DNA of 64,000 nucleotides from a virus: the IMG/VR virus record IMGVR_UViG_3300025929_000012, positions 1 to 64,000 of that record; one strand, 5' to 3'. The notes under the pieces are model-generated. The model saw nothing but the letters and a program-made list of their open reading frames with translations. It had not been told where the DNA came from and ran no database searches. This document shows, one piece after another, positions 1 through 9,879 of the stretch. Both the position numbers and the translations under genes were made by a program. Position 1 is the first letter of the stretch. Every line of letters begins with the position of its first letter.

Positions 1-141
1 CGTGTCCCGTGCTGACGCGCTCTGCGCGCCCATGAGCATCACCGCGGAGCGCACCCGTGACGCCGCTCTCGTCCTCGCCGGGCACGCCCGCGACGCTACG
101 GAGCTACGCGACTGGCTTGAGGCCCTCGGGCTGGTGACGGC

Positions 142-450
142 ATGACCTGGACCTTCCTGGCTGTCCTGGCTGTCCTGGTCACGGTGTGGGCTGCCTGCCG
201 GTGCCGGGCATGGCGGGCGGAAGCACGGGAGAAGGCCGCCGCCAGGCAGGAGGAGGCCGCCCGGCTGAACGCCGTGCGACGGCACCCGTCCCGCGTCCCC
301 GGCCTCCCCAGAGACGGGGAGCCGCTCACCGACGCGGAACTGAGCGAGTACACGGGGATCATGTCCCGTCCCGTGCGGGATCCCAAGGCAAGAACAGACG
401 GCAGCCCCCCAGGCGGTCGCGGACAAGACAGCAGTGAGGAAGCACGATGA
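142..450 (+). CDS. Small membrane-anchored hypothetical protein
   Basis: N-terminal hydrophobic helix; ATGA overlap with next gene. Confidence 0.6.
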   Translation: MTWTFLAVLAVLVTVWAACRCRAWRAEAREKAAARQEEAARLNAVRRHPSRVPGLPRDGEPLTDAELSEYTGIMSRPVRDPKARTDGSPPGGRGQDSSEEAR

Positions 451-1508
451 GCACCACCACCGAAACCATCACTCCCGGCGTAGCGGCGCAAGCCCTGGCC
501 TCATTCCAGGCCAGCACCAGGAACCACGAGCTAGCGGTCCTCCGCGACGACGGGCTGTACCGGCACCTGCGGTTCCGCGGTACCGGCTCCTCCTACTGGT
601 TCGACCTGGTCACGTGGCCCGGCAACCTGGCGTTCACCGGCGACATGGGCAGCTACCTGTTCGGCCGGGTCGCCAGCGAGGACATGCTGGCGTTCTTCCG
701 CGGCCAGCGGATCAACCCCGGCTACTGGGCGGAGAAGGTCAAGGCCGCCGACCACGGTGGCGTCAAGCGCTACTCGCCGGAGGTTTTCCTCCAGTCGGTT
801 GCCGAGGAGGCCGCGGCGGGCGAGGAGGAGTTCCCCGGCCTGACCGACGCCGTCAACGCCGCGGTCATCGATGAGCTTTTCAACGCGGAAGACGAGGGGC
901 AGGCGCGGGAGTTCCTGAACGACTTCGAATACCGCCCCGCCGATGAGGATGCCCGCGATGACGCCCCGCTGGCGTTCCGGTTCGCGGACACGTGGGAGTG
1001 GGACCTGACCGACTTCGGCTTCCACTACCTGTGGTGCTGCCACGCCCTCGTGTGGGGCATCGCCCGCTACGACGCGGTCAAGGCCGCCGGGGAAAGCACG
1101 ATAACCGCCGAAACCCCCGGTTCCGCATCCCCCGAGCAGATGCTCCGGGAGTTCCATGCGGCCCTCAACGTCCACGGCGGACTCGCCCCCGCCACCCCGA
1201 CCGCCGATATCCCCGGCTGGGTCCGTGACCTCCGCCTCAAGCTCCTCGACGAGGAAGTCGCCGAGCTTCATGAGGCGATGGAAGCCGGGGACCTTGAGAA
1301 GATCGCGGACGGGATCGCGGACATCGTCTACGCGGCCGTGGGGACCGCCGTTCCGTATGGCATCCCGTTCGACGCGGTACTGCGGGCTGTCCACGAGTCC
1401 AACATGACCAAGGACAACGACCCGGACCTCGGGAAGCTCGTCAAGGGGCCCGGGTACCAGGCGCCCCGCATCGCGGAGATCCTCGCCGCCGCCGGGGACG
1501 CGGCATGA
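447..1508 (+). CDS. Fusion of conserved phage domain with C-terminal MazG/PRA-PH-like nucleotide pyrophosphohydrolase
   Basis: N-term LRDDGLYRHLRF..FDLVTWPG..GDMG; C-term LLDEEVAEL..ADGIADIVY..VHESNMTK..GKLVKGPGY. Confidence 0.8.
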   Translation: MSTTTETITPGVAAQALASFQASTRNHELAVLRDDGLYRHLRFRGTGSSYWFDLVTWPGNLAFTGDMGSYLFGRVASEDMLAFFRGQRINPGYWAEKVKAADHGGVKRYSPEVFLQSVAEEAAAGEEEFPGLTDAVNAAVIDELFNAEDEGQAREFLNDFEYRPADEDARDDAPLAFRFADTWEWDLTDFGFHYLWCCHALVWGIARYDAVKAAGESTITAETPGSASPEQMLREFHAALNVHGGLAPATPTADIPGWVRDLRLKLLDEEVAELHEAMEAGDLEKIADGIADIVYAAVGTAVPYGIPFDAVLRAVHESNMTKDNDPDLGKLVKGPGYQAPRIAEILAAAGDAA

Positions 1509-2134
1509 GCGCCGGGACCGCAGAGCAGCCCGCCTACGAGGCGCTGATCCGCTGCCGGTACGCCACCCCCGATGAGGACGGCGACTTCAACGGCTGCGAA
1601 CCGCACCCGGACGCCTGCGACTGGACCTGGTTCTGCAGCGTCTGCGACCGGGAGGTCAGCGACGGCGGGTGCCCCGACCACGCGCCGTCCGACGTGCCGG
1701 GGCTGCAGGTCGTCAGCTGTGACCAGCACCCGCGGACGCGGCTCCTCGCCGACGACGGGTATGAGCCGCCGTGCCCCTGGTGCGTCGCTGATGAAGCGAG
1801 CAAGGCCCACGAGGGATGCGCGCACGCCCGCCACGGCCGGTGGCGACGGTGGCGGGTCACTCACCGGGTGCTGTCGAGCCTGTACGGGGCCGGGGTGCTG
1901 CGCGGCTGGTGCAGTAGCTACGACTCCCGGTGCAAGGGCTGCGCGTCCGGGATCATGCGGGGCCGCAACCGGTACCTGCTGTGGTGGCCCCGGTGGAAGT
2001 GGTCCTGTCTCCTGGTCGCGCGGCACTGGCCCGGCGAGGAAGTCCTTGACGGCCTATGCGGGAAGTGCAACCCATGCGGCACCTGCGGATCGCAGCGGTT
2101 CGATCATGAGGCCGGCTGCGCGGTGGCAGCGTGA
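1505..2134 (+). CDS. Cys-rich hypothetical protein
   Basis: Multiple CxxC motifs; overlapping start/stop with neighbours. Confidence 0.65.
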   Translation: MSAGTAEQPAYEALIRCRYATPDEDGDFNGCEPHPDACDWTWFCSVCDREVSDGGCPDHAPSDVPGLQVVSCDQHPRTRLLADDGYEPPCPWCVADEASKAHEGCAHARHGRWRRWRVTHRVLSSLYGAGVLRGWCSSYDSRCKGCASGIMRGRNRYLLWWPRWKWSCLLVARHWPGEEVLDGLCGKCNPCGTCGSQRFDHEAGCAVAA

Positions 2135-2550
2135 CCGCCCGCACCGCCCGGCAGGCATTCGCCATCGCGAACCCCCTGAACCGCGCTGACGGCGACATCA
2201 CCCCGTACCGTGCCGCCCGCCAGCACGGCACCGGCCTGCTGATCATGACGATCCTGGCGGTGGACCGATGATCGCGGATCAACGCCGGCCTGCCCGTGTG
2301 GCACGTGTCGGTGAGCGCCTGGTCGAGGCGCACGGAGAAGCGGGTTGCCGTCCCGGACGTGTGCGAGCGGGAGTCGGCCAGGCTGCTGCGCGGCGCAGGC
2401 GGCGACCGCGAGTGGTGGCACTGGAGCACGGCCGCCCTGATCGGGCACCTGCGCGTCGGGCTGACCGAAGCCGAGTACGCGACGCTGCCGCCCATGCAGG
2501 CCATCGACGACGCCGGGGAAACCGGCCCGGAGAGGAAGCGGACACCGTGA
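2131..2550 (+). pseudogene. Hypothetical phage gene interrupted by in-frame TGA at 2269-2271
   Basis: GTG 2131 overlaps the previous stop; same frame continues after TGA into WHVSVS.. (ORF 2296-2550). Confidence 0.55.
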
Positions 2551-2670
2551 GCAGAAGCGACCCCGCGCCCATCCCCCTGCCCCCGCTGACTGTCGCCGCC
2601 GTGGACCCGGACGCGATGGAAGCCCTCGGGCAGGCCCTTGACGCCCTCATGGCCGAGGCGGAGGCCAGCG

Positions 2671-3240
2671 ATGCCTGACTACCCCGGCACGTGGATCACC
2701 ATCACCGCCCAGGCCGAGGGCAGCGACCATGACGGCTTCCGGGTCGCCCATTACTGGGACGGCCGCACGTTCGCCAGCAAGCCAGAAGCGGTGAGCAACG
2801 GCTTTGAGGCACGCGGGTCCGATGACTTCAACGTCGGCTACGTCAAGGGCGGCCGGCTGGAGTCCCTGTGGTGGATGGAGAACCGCCTCGCCGAGGATGA
2901 GCCCACCCTGGCAGGGATCGCCCGCGAGATCGGTATCGTGGCTTCCGCCCCTCCTCCTGAGCGCGCGGCCAGGCGGCTCCCCCCGCCCCGCCGCGCAGCC
3001 CCGCCCGCCCTCCCCGCATCCCCGGGCGGGCGGGGCCCCGAAGCCCCTGAGGCGCCGCCAGAGGGCAAGGCACCCGGGTACAGCGGGCAAGAGTGGCGCG
3101 ACAAGGTGAAAGCCGCTACCAGCGGCCTGCACGATGAGCAGAGGCGCGGGAAGGGCCGCTACCGGAAGAAGGGCACCGTGCGGCCCGTGCCCGGAATGAA
3201 CCGCAGGATGCCCCCGCAGCCGCCCGGCAGCGCGCCGTGA
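2671..3240 (+). CDS. Hypothetical protein
   Basis: ATG after GGAGG; GTGA overlap with MTase gene. Confidence 0.6.
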   Translation: MPDYPGTWITITAQAEGSDHDGFRVAHYWDGRTFASKPEAVSNGFEARGSDDFNVGYVKGGRLESLWWMENRLAEDEPTLAGIAREIGIVASAPPPERAARRLPPPRRAAPPALPASPGGRGPEAPEAPPEGKAPGYSGQEWRDKVKAATSGLHDEQRRGKGRYRKKGTVRPVPGMNRRMPPQPPGSAP

Positions 3241-4446
3241 GCGGCCTCCGCATCGGCTCGCTTTGCGCCGGGTACGGGGGTCTTGACCTAGCAGTTGAGG
3301 CGGTACTCGGCGGGGAACTGGCATGGGTCGCTGACAACGACCCCGGGGCCGCCGCCATCCTCGCCCACCGGTTCCCCGCGGTAAAGAACCAAGGAGACAT
3401 CACCAAGGTCGACTGGGCTTCGGCAGAGCCGGTAGAGATCCTGACCGCGGGGTTCCCGTGCACGGACATCTCCTGCGCCGGCCAGCGGAAGGGGCTGCGT
3501 GAGGGCAACCGGAGCGGCCTGTGGTTCCACGTTGCCCGCGTCATCGCCGAACTGAGGCCGCCGCTGGTGGTCATCGAGAACGTCAGGGAGCTGCTCAGTG
3601 AGCGAGCCGATAGCGACATGGAACAGTGCCCGTGGTGCCTGGGAGACCTCGGTGCCGAATCTGCTATGCGGGCACTTGGCGCCGTTCTTGCAGACCTGGC
3701 CGCGCTCGGGCTCGATGCGGAGTGGGTCAGTATTCCGGCGGCCGGAGTGGGAGCCTGCCACCTCCGCTGGCGAGTCTTCATCCTGGCCTGGCCTGCTGAA
3801 GACCCCGACAGCGCAACTCGCGGTGAACGGCGGGTCTCAGCACCCGGACAAGCGGAAGGCGGGGGGCCACGGGCCGACGCTCGCCGATCAGGTGGAGCAC
3901 ATGCCGCCCGCCCCCGGGGGCGCGGGACTGGAAGTCCGGGCAGTCGAACCTCATCGGGACGAACGCCCGGCCGCTGAGCGAGGTCGTGGAGATGCTCCTG
4001 CCGACGCCGGTAGCGCACGACGACGGGAAGTCCCCCGAGGCGCACATGGCGATGAAGGCCCGCATGCCCGGCGGCCCGCGGCACTCCATCACGAGCCTGG
4101 CGGTAGCGGCCCAGACGCTCCTCCCGATTGGCGGACTGCCGCAGCCTGGCGGCACCCGGGAGCCTTCGGACGCTACGAGCTCGCCGTGCGACGACACGAG
4201 CGAGCCTTCGGGCGGCCAGCCCCGGCGCCCGTTATGCCCGGCAGGAACGGTGATCCTCGCCTGTCTCCCGCCTTCACAGAGTGGATGATGGGCCTCCCTG
4301 CCGGCTGGGTGACCGATGTTCCCGGCTTGTCCCGCAACGCCCAGCTGAAGGCGCTCGGAAACGGGGTCGTGCCGGCCCAGGCGGAGATGGCGCTGCGGCT
4401 GCTGCTGGAACGCGCGGGCTTCTACGGCCGGGAGCGTGCCGCGTGA
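3237..4446 (+). CDS. C5 DNA cytosine methyltransferase with one +1 frameshift near 3905-3920
   Basis: Motif I SLCAGYGG, IV GFPC, VI ENV, VIII RWRVF in ORF 3237-3977; C-terminal EWMMGLP..LGNGVVP in ORF ending 4446. Confidence 0.85.
3598..4288 (+). CDS. Nested out-of-frame MTase-associated polypeptide (LL(K/P)TP repeats), same +1 frameshift
   Basis: TWPRSGSM..LLKTPTA..LADQV, then ARDWKS..LLPTP in the next frame. Confidence 0.55.
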
Positions 4447-4685
4447 CCGTCCCAGCGCCGGCGTGCGCCACGTCACTTACCGCGGCGGCGAGGGTCCGGG
4501 TCCTCCGCAAGGCAGCCGGCTGGTCACAGCGCCTCCTCGCCGAGGAGGCCGGGGTGTCCGGCTGCATGATCACGATGCTGGAGGGCGGTCAGCGGAACTT
4601 CACCCTCCCGGTCCTGGAGCGGGTCGCCAAGGCCCTAGGCACGGACGTGGCGACGCTGGTAGCCCCGGCCGGGAGAAGCCGGTGA
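4443..4685 (+). CDS. XRE-family HTH protein
   Basis: VRVLRKAAGWSQRLLAEEAGVS..ITMLEGG..LERVAKALG. Confidence 0.85.
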   Translation: MTVPAPACATSLTAAARVRVLRKAAGWSQRLLAEEAGVSGCMITMLEGGQRNFTLPVLERVAKALGTDVATLVAPAGRSR

Positions 4686-4897
4686 GCACCGCCCTGCCGC
4701 CACGGGGACGGCCTCGCATCCCCAGGGGGAAGTCCCGGCCGCTGCCCCCCGCGTGGACGGGCATCACCGGCCCCGACTGCCACCTGTGCGCATGGTCGTG
4801 GCACAACGGCGTCCGCGAGGTCAAGTTCCGCAGCGAGGCGTGCACCGTCCGCCAGGCACCGGCTAGCAGCGGCTCAGAGGGCGGTGAGGGGCCGTGA
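4682..4897 (+). CDS. Small Zn-binding hypothetical protein
   Basis: CHLC motif; GTGA overlaps. Confidence 0.5.
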   Translation: MSTALPPRGRPRIPRGKSRPLPPAWTGITGPDCHLCAWSWHNGVREVKFRSEACTVRQAPASSGSEGGEGP

Positions 4898-5091
4898 CGT
4901 TCCCCTGGTGGATGGCCTTCGCCGCGATCGGCGGGGTAGCCGCCGCGTTCCTGCTGTGGCTGCGGCGGGCGGGCCGCCGTTACTGGGTGCGGGGCGCGGG
5001 ATGCCCGGGGTGCGCTTACCGGAACCAAGGGCCTTGCACGTGCAAGCGCAAGTGCATCAACCCCGAGTGCGGGTGGAGGCGGAAGCGGTGA
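4894..5091 (+). CDS. Small membrane protein with Cys-rich tail
   Basis: Hydrophobic N-term; CPGC..CTC..C..C. Confidence 0.55.
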   Translation: MTFPWWMAFAAIGGVAAAFLLWLRRAGRRYWVRGAGCPGCAYRNQGPCTCKRKCINPECGWRRKR

Positions 5092-5209
5092 CCGTCATCC
5101 TGGCCGCCCTCTGGTGGACGCTCCCGGTCCTGCTGGTGCTAGCCCTGTCCAGGCTCACCCCGAGCCTCAGGGACGTAGGGCAGCCCGATAAGGACGGTGA
5201 ATGGTGAGG

Positions 5210-5458
5210 TCAGTCACCGTCGCGGCGGCGCGTCTTCTTCCGGAGCGGACCAACCTCGGGCGCGGTGAGGCGGCTGATCGTGGCCCGGTCAAGGTAGCGG
5301 TCCGTCAGCGCCTCCAGGTCGGCGGGGCCGAGCTCGTCGCCCTTTTCCCGGCGTGCCCGGATGAACATCTCCTTGGCGCGCTCGTGGTCGCGGTTGGCGA
5401 CAGCGCGGCTCGCCCGCGCGGTCCTGACCGCCTCCAGCAGCTCCTCCACCACGTCCAT
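5210..5458 (-). CDS. Small HTH-like DNA-binding protein, leaderless
   Basis: GATGAT-6nt-ATG; LGPADLEALT..DRATISRL helix-turn-helix-like. Confidence 0.55.
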   Translation of the reverse strand: MDVVEELLEAVRTARASRAVANRDHERAKEMFIRARREKGDELGPADLEALTDRYLDRATISRLTAPEVGPLRKKTRRRDGD

Positions 5459-5628
5459 GCCCCAATCATCGGTGATCTTGCGTCGCGTTGCCAAGTCACG
5501 CGACAACGTCACCTTAACACGACATGCGCTCTCAGCGCGACAAGTGGACATGACTCACGATCATGTATTACAGTCATGACTGCGTTACCGGACACGGCAC
5601 GCGAGCTACCACGGCAGGAGCCCAGACC

Positions 5629-5925
5629 TTGACCATCACCGACAGCCGGACCGTAGACGCTCATCAGTTCGCCGCCCTGTGCAACCTGTTCTGCCTCGCG
5701 CACTGCGACGGCGGCGAGGAACTGACCGCTGAGGAGATCGGCGACGTCCTGCTCCACCACGCCTACCCGGTGGTCTGCGACCACTCACGGCTGATGGCGC
5801 GCGCCGTGCTCGCCTACCTCGGGTTCCGCACCGGGGACGCCAGGGCCGACGAGCTGATCAGCGAGGTTCACGCCGCGATGCGCAACGGCAAGGGCTCGCT
5901 GCCCTGCGGCGACGACACGCCGTAA
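5629..5925 (+). CDS. Hypothetical protein
   Basis: TTG start after AGGAG; divergent from 5210-5458. Confidence 0.55.
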   Translation: MTITDSRTVDAHQFAALCNLFCLAHCDGGEELTAEEIGDVLLHHAYPVVCDHSRLMARAVLAYLGFRTGDARADELISEVHAAMRNGKGSLPCGDDTP

Positions 5926-6053
5926 TACCCCCCTGAAGACCGATGAGCGGGAAGGCGGCCGTGAGTGGCCATCAGCGCCTTGAGCAGCAAGGAGGCTCGC
6001 GCCGAGCGGTTCCGCGATGCTCAGCGCGCCTTGCCGGCAGAAGGGTGGTCCTA

Positions 6054-7067
6054 GTGCCCTGGGCTCGCATCGATGACGGGTTCGACGATCACCCGAAGGT
6101 GCTCGCGCTTCTTGAGCACGACGACGGGGCCACCGCCCTAGGCCTGTGGACCCTCTGCTTCACGTGGGCGAACCGGAACACCCGCAAGAAGGGGAAGGTC
6201 CCGGGGCACCTCCCGGCGAGCCTGCCCCGCCGCTACCTGGGAGTCCTCGGGCGGGACGCGGCGAAACTGCTGGTCGACGTCGGGCTGTGGGACCCGGACC
6301 TGGATGAGGGCGGCTGGCGTATCCACGACTTCGCGCAGCACCTCCCGACGGCGGAAACAAGCTCGGCGCGGGCGGAGGCAGGCAAGCGCGGCGCCGCTGC
6401 CCGGTGGGGCAAGCAGGCTGAAACCCCAGCATCCGATAGCAAATTGCCATCCGGCGATGGCAAACCCGATGGCAGTCGCATAGCTGGCCATATGGCAAAC
6501 GATGGCAAATCCACGGGCACGGCGGAGGAGAGCCCGGCGGCCCCCGGGACGGGCACGGCGGATGGCTCCATGCCATCCGGCGATGGCAATTTGCTATCCG
6601 AGGATGGCAAATCCGATGGCCAGGCGATGGCAAGCGATGGCTCGCGCGCGCGTACCCAGTCCCATACCCATAAGAAGGTCAAAGTCAAAGACTCTGTGCC
6701 GGCTCCGCCGCCACGCGAAGACGTCGAACGACTCTGTGATCACCTAGCCAGCCGCGTCGAAGCCGGAGGCAGCAAGCGACCGGCCATCACCAAGGCATGG
6801 CGCGACGCCGCCCGCCTGATGATCGACCTTGACGGCCGGACCGAGCAGCAGGTCCACGACGCCATCGACTGGTGCCAGAACGACCCGTTCTGGCACTCCC
6901 GCGTCATGGCGATGCCGAAGCTCCGCGAGAAGTACGACCAGCTCCGCTTGCAAGCGATCGAAGAGCGGAAGAAGGCACGCCCCGGCGGCGGCCTCCAGCC
7001 CGGGGCGGCCGGGCACCCGAGGCAGGTCAGCTACAGCGACGAGGAGTACACACGTGGATGGCAGTGA
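6054..7067 (+). CDS. Phage replication initiator (Rep/O-like)
   Basis: PWARIDDGFDDHPKV N-term; C-term WCQNDPFW..MPKLREKYDQLRL; lies upstream of loader and helicase. Confidence 0.8.
   Translation: MPWARIDDGFDDHPKVLALLEHDDGATALGLWTLCFTWANRNTRKKGKVPGHLPASLPRRYLGVLGRDAAKLLVDVGLWDPDLDEGGWRIHDFAQHLPTAETSSARAEAGKRGAAARWGKQAETPASDSKLPSGDGKPDGSRIAGHMANDGKSTGTAEESPAAPGTGTADGSMPSGDGNLLSEDGKSDGQAMASDGSRARTQSHTHKKVKVKDSVPAPPPREDVERLCDHLASRVEAGGSKRPAITKAWRDAARLMIDLDGRTEQQVHDAIDWCQNDPFWHSRVMAMPKLREKYDQLRLQAIEERKKARPGGGLQPGAAGHPRQVSYSDEEYTRGWQ
6435..6642 (+). repeat. Iteron cluster, likely replication origin within rep
   Basis: About 10 (G)ATGGC(AA) copies in both orientations, including TGCCATCCGGCGATGGCAA twice. 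Confidence 0.65.
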
Positions 7068-7767
7068 CGGGCACGGGGACGTGGCGCGGTTCTTCCCGGG
7101 CGCCGCTGAGGCCAGGTGCGACGGCTCGGGCGGCTGGGCGACCGTGGTGCACCCGGAGAACGGCCCGGCGTGGGCGCGCTGCCCGCTGTGCGCCGGGGAC
7201 AAGGCGATAGCAGCCGCTGACGAGGTCATCCCGCCCCGCTTCCGGGTGCCGGTCACCATCCCCGCCGCCGTGGAGGCGTGGGCCTCCTGCGGGCGCGACG
7301 CGCAGGGCCTGTACCTCACGGGGCCGGTCGGCACCGGCAAGACCCACGCGGCGTGGATGGCCGTGCGGAAGTGGTGCGCCGCGACGGGCGTCATCGCCCG
7401 CGGCATCCCGCAGGAGGCCCGCGGGGGCGCCGTGAGCGGGCCGGCCGTCATCTTCACCCGGATGACCGACCTGCTTGATGACCTGCGGCCCGGCGACGGG
7501 GCCCGCGCCCGGGTCCGCGACTGCCAGCGGGCCGCCCTGCTCGTCATCGACGACCTCGGCGCCGAGAAGGCGTCGGAGTGGACGCAGGAGCGGCTGTACT
7601 CGGTGATCGACCACCGGTACGCCGCCTGCCTGCCGCTGGTCGTCACGTCGAACCTGCCCCCGGCGAACGTCGGGGAGCAGGCCGGCGACCGCACCGCGAG
7701 CCGCCTCGCCGAGATGTGCACGGTCGTCCCCATGACCGGGACCGACCGCAGGAGGCCGCCGTCATGA
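7054..7767 (+). CDS. DnaC/IstB-like helicase loader ATPase
   Basis: Walker A GPVGTGKT, Walker B LLVIDDLG, TSN; RBS GAGGAG. Confidence 0.9.
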   Translation: MDGSDGHGDVARFFPGAAEARCDGSGGWATVVHPENGPAWARCPLCAGDKAIAAADEVIPPRFRVPVTIPAAVEAWASCGRDAQGLYLTGPVGTGKTHAAWMAVRKWCAATGVIARGIPQEARGGAVSGPAVIFTRMTDLLDDLRPGDGARARVRDCQRAALLVIDDLGAEKASEWTQERLYSVIDHRYAACLPLVVTSNLPPANVGEQAGDRTASRLAEMCTVVPMTGTDRRRPPS

Positions 7768-9176
7768 CTGAGAGCGCTAGCCGGCGCCTGGTCCCCGTGG
7801 ACCCGGACGACGATCCCGCTGACGGCCCGGAGGTCATCGCCGAGCAGGCGGTCCTCGGCGCGGCGGTCCGCTCCCCGGACGACGCGGCGCAGGCCCTGGC
7901 CCTGCTGCGGCCGGAGTACTTCTCCCGCAACGCCCACCGGGCGGTGTTCGAGGCCGTGGAGCGGCTGTCCGGCAAGGGCCTCGCAGTTGACCCGGAGGAC
8001 GGCCCGGGGACCGCGTGGCCGGCGGCGGTCCTCGGCGAGCTCGCCGCCGCGGGGATCATGCACAACGTCGGGGCGCCGGGGATGGGCACCGGGGGCGCGT
8101 TCCTGCACTCGCTGATGCAGCGGGCCGGGTCGGTCGCCTACCACGCCGCGGCGGTCACCACGGCGGCGCGGCAGCGGGGCATCCGGGCGGCGATCGCGTC
8201 GTGCGCGTCCCTCGCGGCGAGGCCCGGCTTCGACCCGGACGCGGACGGGGAGCAGGTCCGCAAGATCATCGACGACGCCATGGCGTTCGCCGCGCCCGTC
8301 CCGCTGCGGCCCAACTCCGAGGCCGTGCTGCGGGTCCTGGAGGCGATCGAGGCGGGCGCGGTCCCCGGCCTCCCGACCGGGTACCCGGACCTTGACGACG
8401 CGATCGGCGCCCTGCGGCCCGGTGAGCTGATCGTGATCGCGGCCCGCCCCGGGGTGGGCAAGACCCAGCTGGGCTTCTGCATCGCCGACCACGCCGGCAC
8501 CCGGCTGCAGGTGCCGGTGCTGTTCGCCAGCCTGGAGATGACCGAGGACGAGCTGACCCGGCGGCGGATCGCCGCGACCGCCCAGGTCAGCCTCCATGAC
8601 CTCGTGCGGCACCAGGTCAGCGACGCCCAGTGGCAGCAGATCGGCGGTGCCCGCGACCGGCTGCTGGACACGCGGCTCTACGTTGACGAGACCTCGCACG
8701 CGTCGCTCGGCCATATCCGCGGGCGGCTCCGCGCCATGGCCCGGGCGGGGGACGCGGCCCGGCTGCTGGTCATCGACTACCTCGGGTTCATGAGCGCGCC
8801 GAGGGCGGAGACCCGGCAGCAGGAGGTCGCCGCGCTCGCCCGCGGGGCGAAGATGCTCGCCCGCGAGCACTCCATCCCGGTGATCCTGCTCGCGCAGCTG
8901 AACCGGGGGCCGGAGTCCCGGGCGGACAAGGTGCCCGTCCTCGCCGACTTGAGGGAAAGCGGAGAGGTGGAGCAGACCGCGGACATCGTGATCCTCCTGC
9001 ACCGGGAGGACGCCTACGAGCCGGAGTCCCCGCGGGCGGGGGAGATCGACCTGCTCATCAGGAAGAACAGGCAGGGCCCGCAGACAACGCTGACGATGTG
9101 CCATCAGGGCCATTACGGGCGGATCGTCCCGATGGCCCCTGCCGCCTGGTCCCCGTCCGCGAAGGCGGCGCCATGA
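7764..9176 (+). CDS. dnaB: Replicative DNA helicase, DnaB family
   Basis: AARPGVGKT, SLEM, IDYL, LAQLNR, DLRESGEVEQTAD, KNRQG. Confidence 0.95.
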   Translation: MTESASRRLVPVDPDDDPADGPEVIAEQAVLGAAVRSPDDAAQALALLRPEYFSRNAHRAVFEAVERLSGKGLAVDPEDGPGTAWPAAVLGELAAAGIMHNVGAPGMGTGGAFLHSLMQRAGSVAYHAAAVTTAARQRGIRAAIASCASLAARPGFDPDADGEQVRKIIDDAMAFAAPVPLRPNSEAVLRVLEAIEAGAVPGLPTGYPDLDDAIGALRPGELIVIAARPGVGKTQLGFCIADHAGTRLQVPVLFASLEMTEDELTRRRIAATAQVSLHDLVRHQVSDAQWQQIGGARDRLLDTRLYVDETSHASLGHIRGRLRAMARAGDAARLLVIDYLGFMSAPRAETRQQEVAALARGAKMLAREHSIPVILLAQLNRGPESRADKVPVLADLRESGEVEQTADIVILLHREDAYEPESPRAGEIDLLIRKNRQGPQTTLTMCHQGHYGRIVPMAPAAWSPSAKAAP

Positions 9177-9382
9177 CCCGCTCCCCGCTCGGTGATTCCT
9201 GCCAGGGCCACGGCCCGGGGACTGCCCCTGTCGTCTTCCCGTGCGACGTGACCAGTGAGGGCGGTTCCCTGTGCGCCGTGTACCGCTGCCACTGCGGGAC
9301 GTCCTGGGCCTGCTGGTGGGACCTGCGGGCTGCGGGCTGGACACCGGGGGACGCGGCGGGCTTCGGGAGGGAAGCCGCATGA
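9173..9382 (+). CDS. Small Zn-ribbon protein
   Basis: DSC..YRCHCGTSW.CWW. Confidence 0.55.
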   Translation: MTRSPLGDSCQGHGPGTAPVVFPCDVTSEGGSLCAVYRCHCGTSWACWWDLRAAGWTPGDAAGFGREAA

Positions 9383-9708
9383 CCGCCGCCAGCCCCCCGG
9401 TCACCGGACGCGGCCTGCGGATGACCCACGCCGGGCTGCAGGAGGCCGTCACCGACCTGTGCGACTGGTACGGGATCTTCTGGTGGCATGACACGGACAG
9501 CCGGCGGAACAAGTCCGGGCTACCCGACTTGCTGATCATCGGCACCGCTGAGCTGTGGCGTGAGCTGAAGGTCCCCCCGGACGGCTTGCGCCCTAGGCAG
9601 CGTGAGGTGGGGCAGCGGATGCTCGCCGCCGGGCTCAACTGGGCCGTGTGGACGCCGGGCGACTGGCGGTCGGGGCGGATCCGGGCGGAACTGGAGGCGA
9701 TCCGGTGA
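9379..9708 (+). CDS. VRR-NUC (PD-D/ExK) nuclease
   Basis: HDTDSRR..GLPDLL..ELK..Q..WTPGDW. Confidence 0.85.
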   Translation: MTAASPPVTGRGLRMTHAGLQEAVTDLCDWYGIFWWHDTDSRRNKSGLPDLLIIGTAELWRELKVPPDGLRPRQREVGQRMLAAGLNWAVWTPGDWRSGRIRAELEAIR

Positions 9709-9879
9709 CCGCGGTCGTCCTGGGCTTGCTCGCCGCCCCTTTCAGGGCTGCGATCCGCTGGCTTGAGGAAAGCCCGCGCGCCGCCCGTAGCGCGAACGCG
9801 AAGGGCCGCCGCACCCCATCCCGGGCTGAGGCTGTCGCTGCCCGCCGTAAGCGCCGTGCCGTGGCTGAGAGGGCACGCC

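Noticed and set aside
2269-2271. Selenocysteine or alternative genetic code
   Set aside because: No redox-motif context, and TGA is the usual stop throughout the window
7764-9176. Intein in DnaB
   Set aside because: Normal length; no intein splice motifs after Walker A
6744-9638. Long antisense ORFs (964 aa here; also 21040-23115, 31826-33937, 45123-46487)
   Set aside because: Shadow frames of real high-GC genes on the opposite strand, with no motifs
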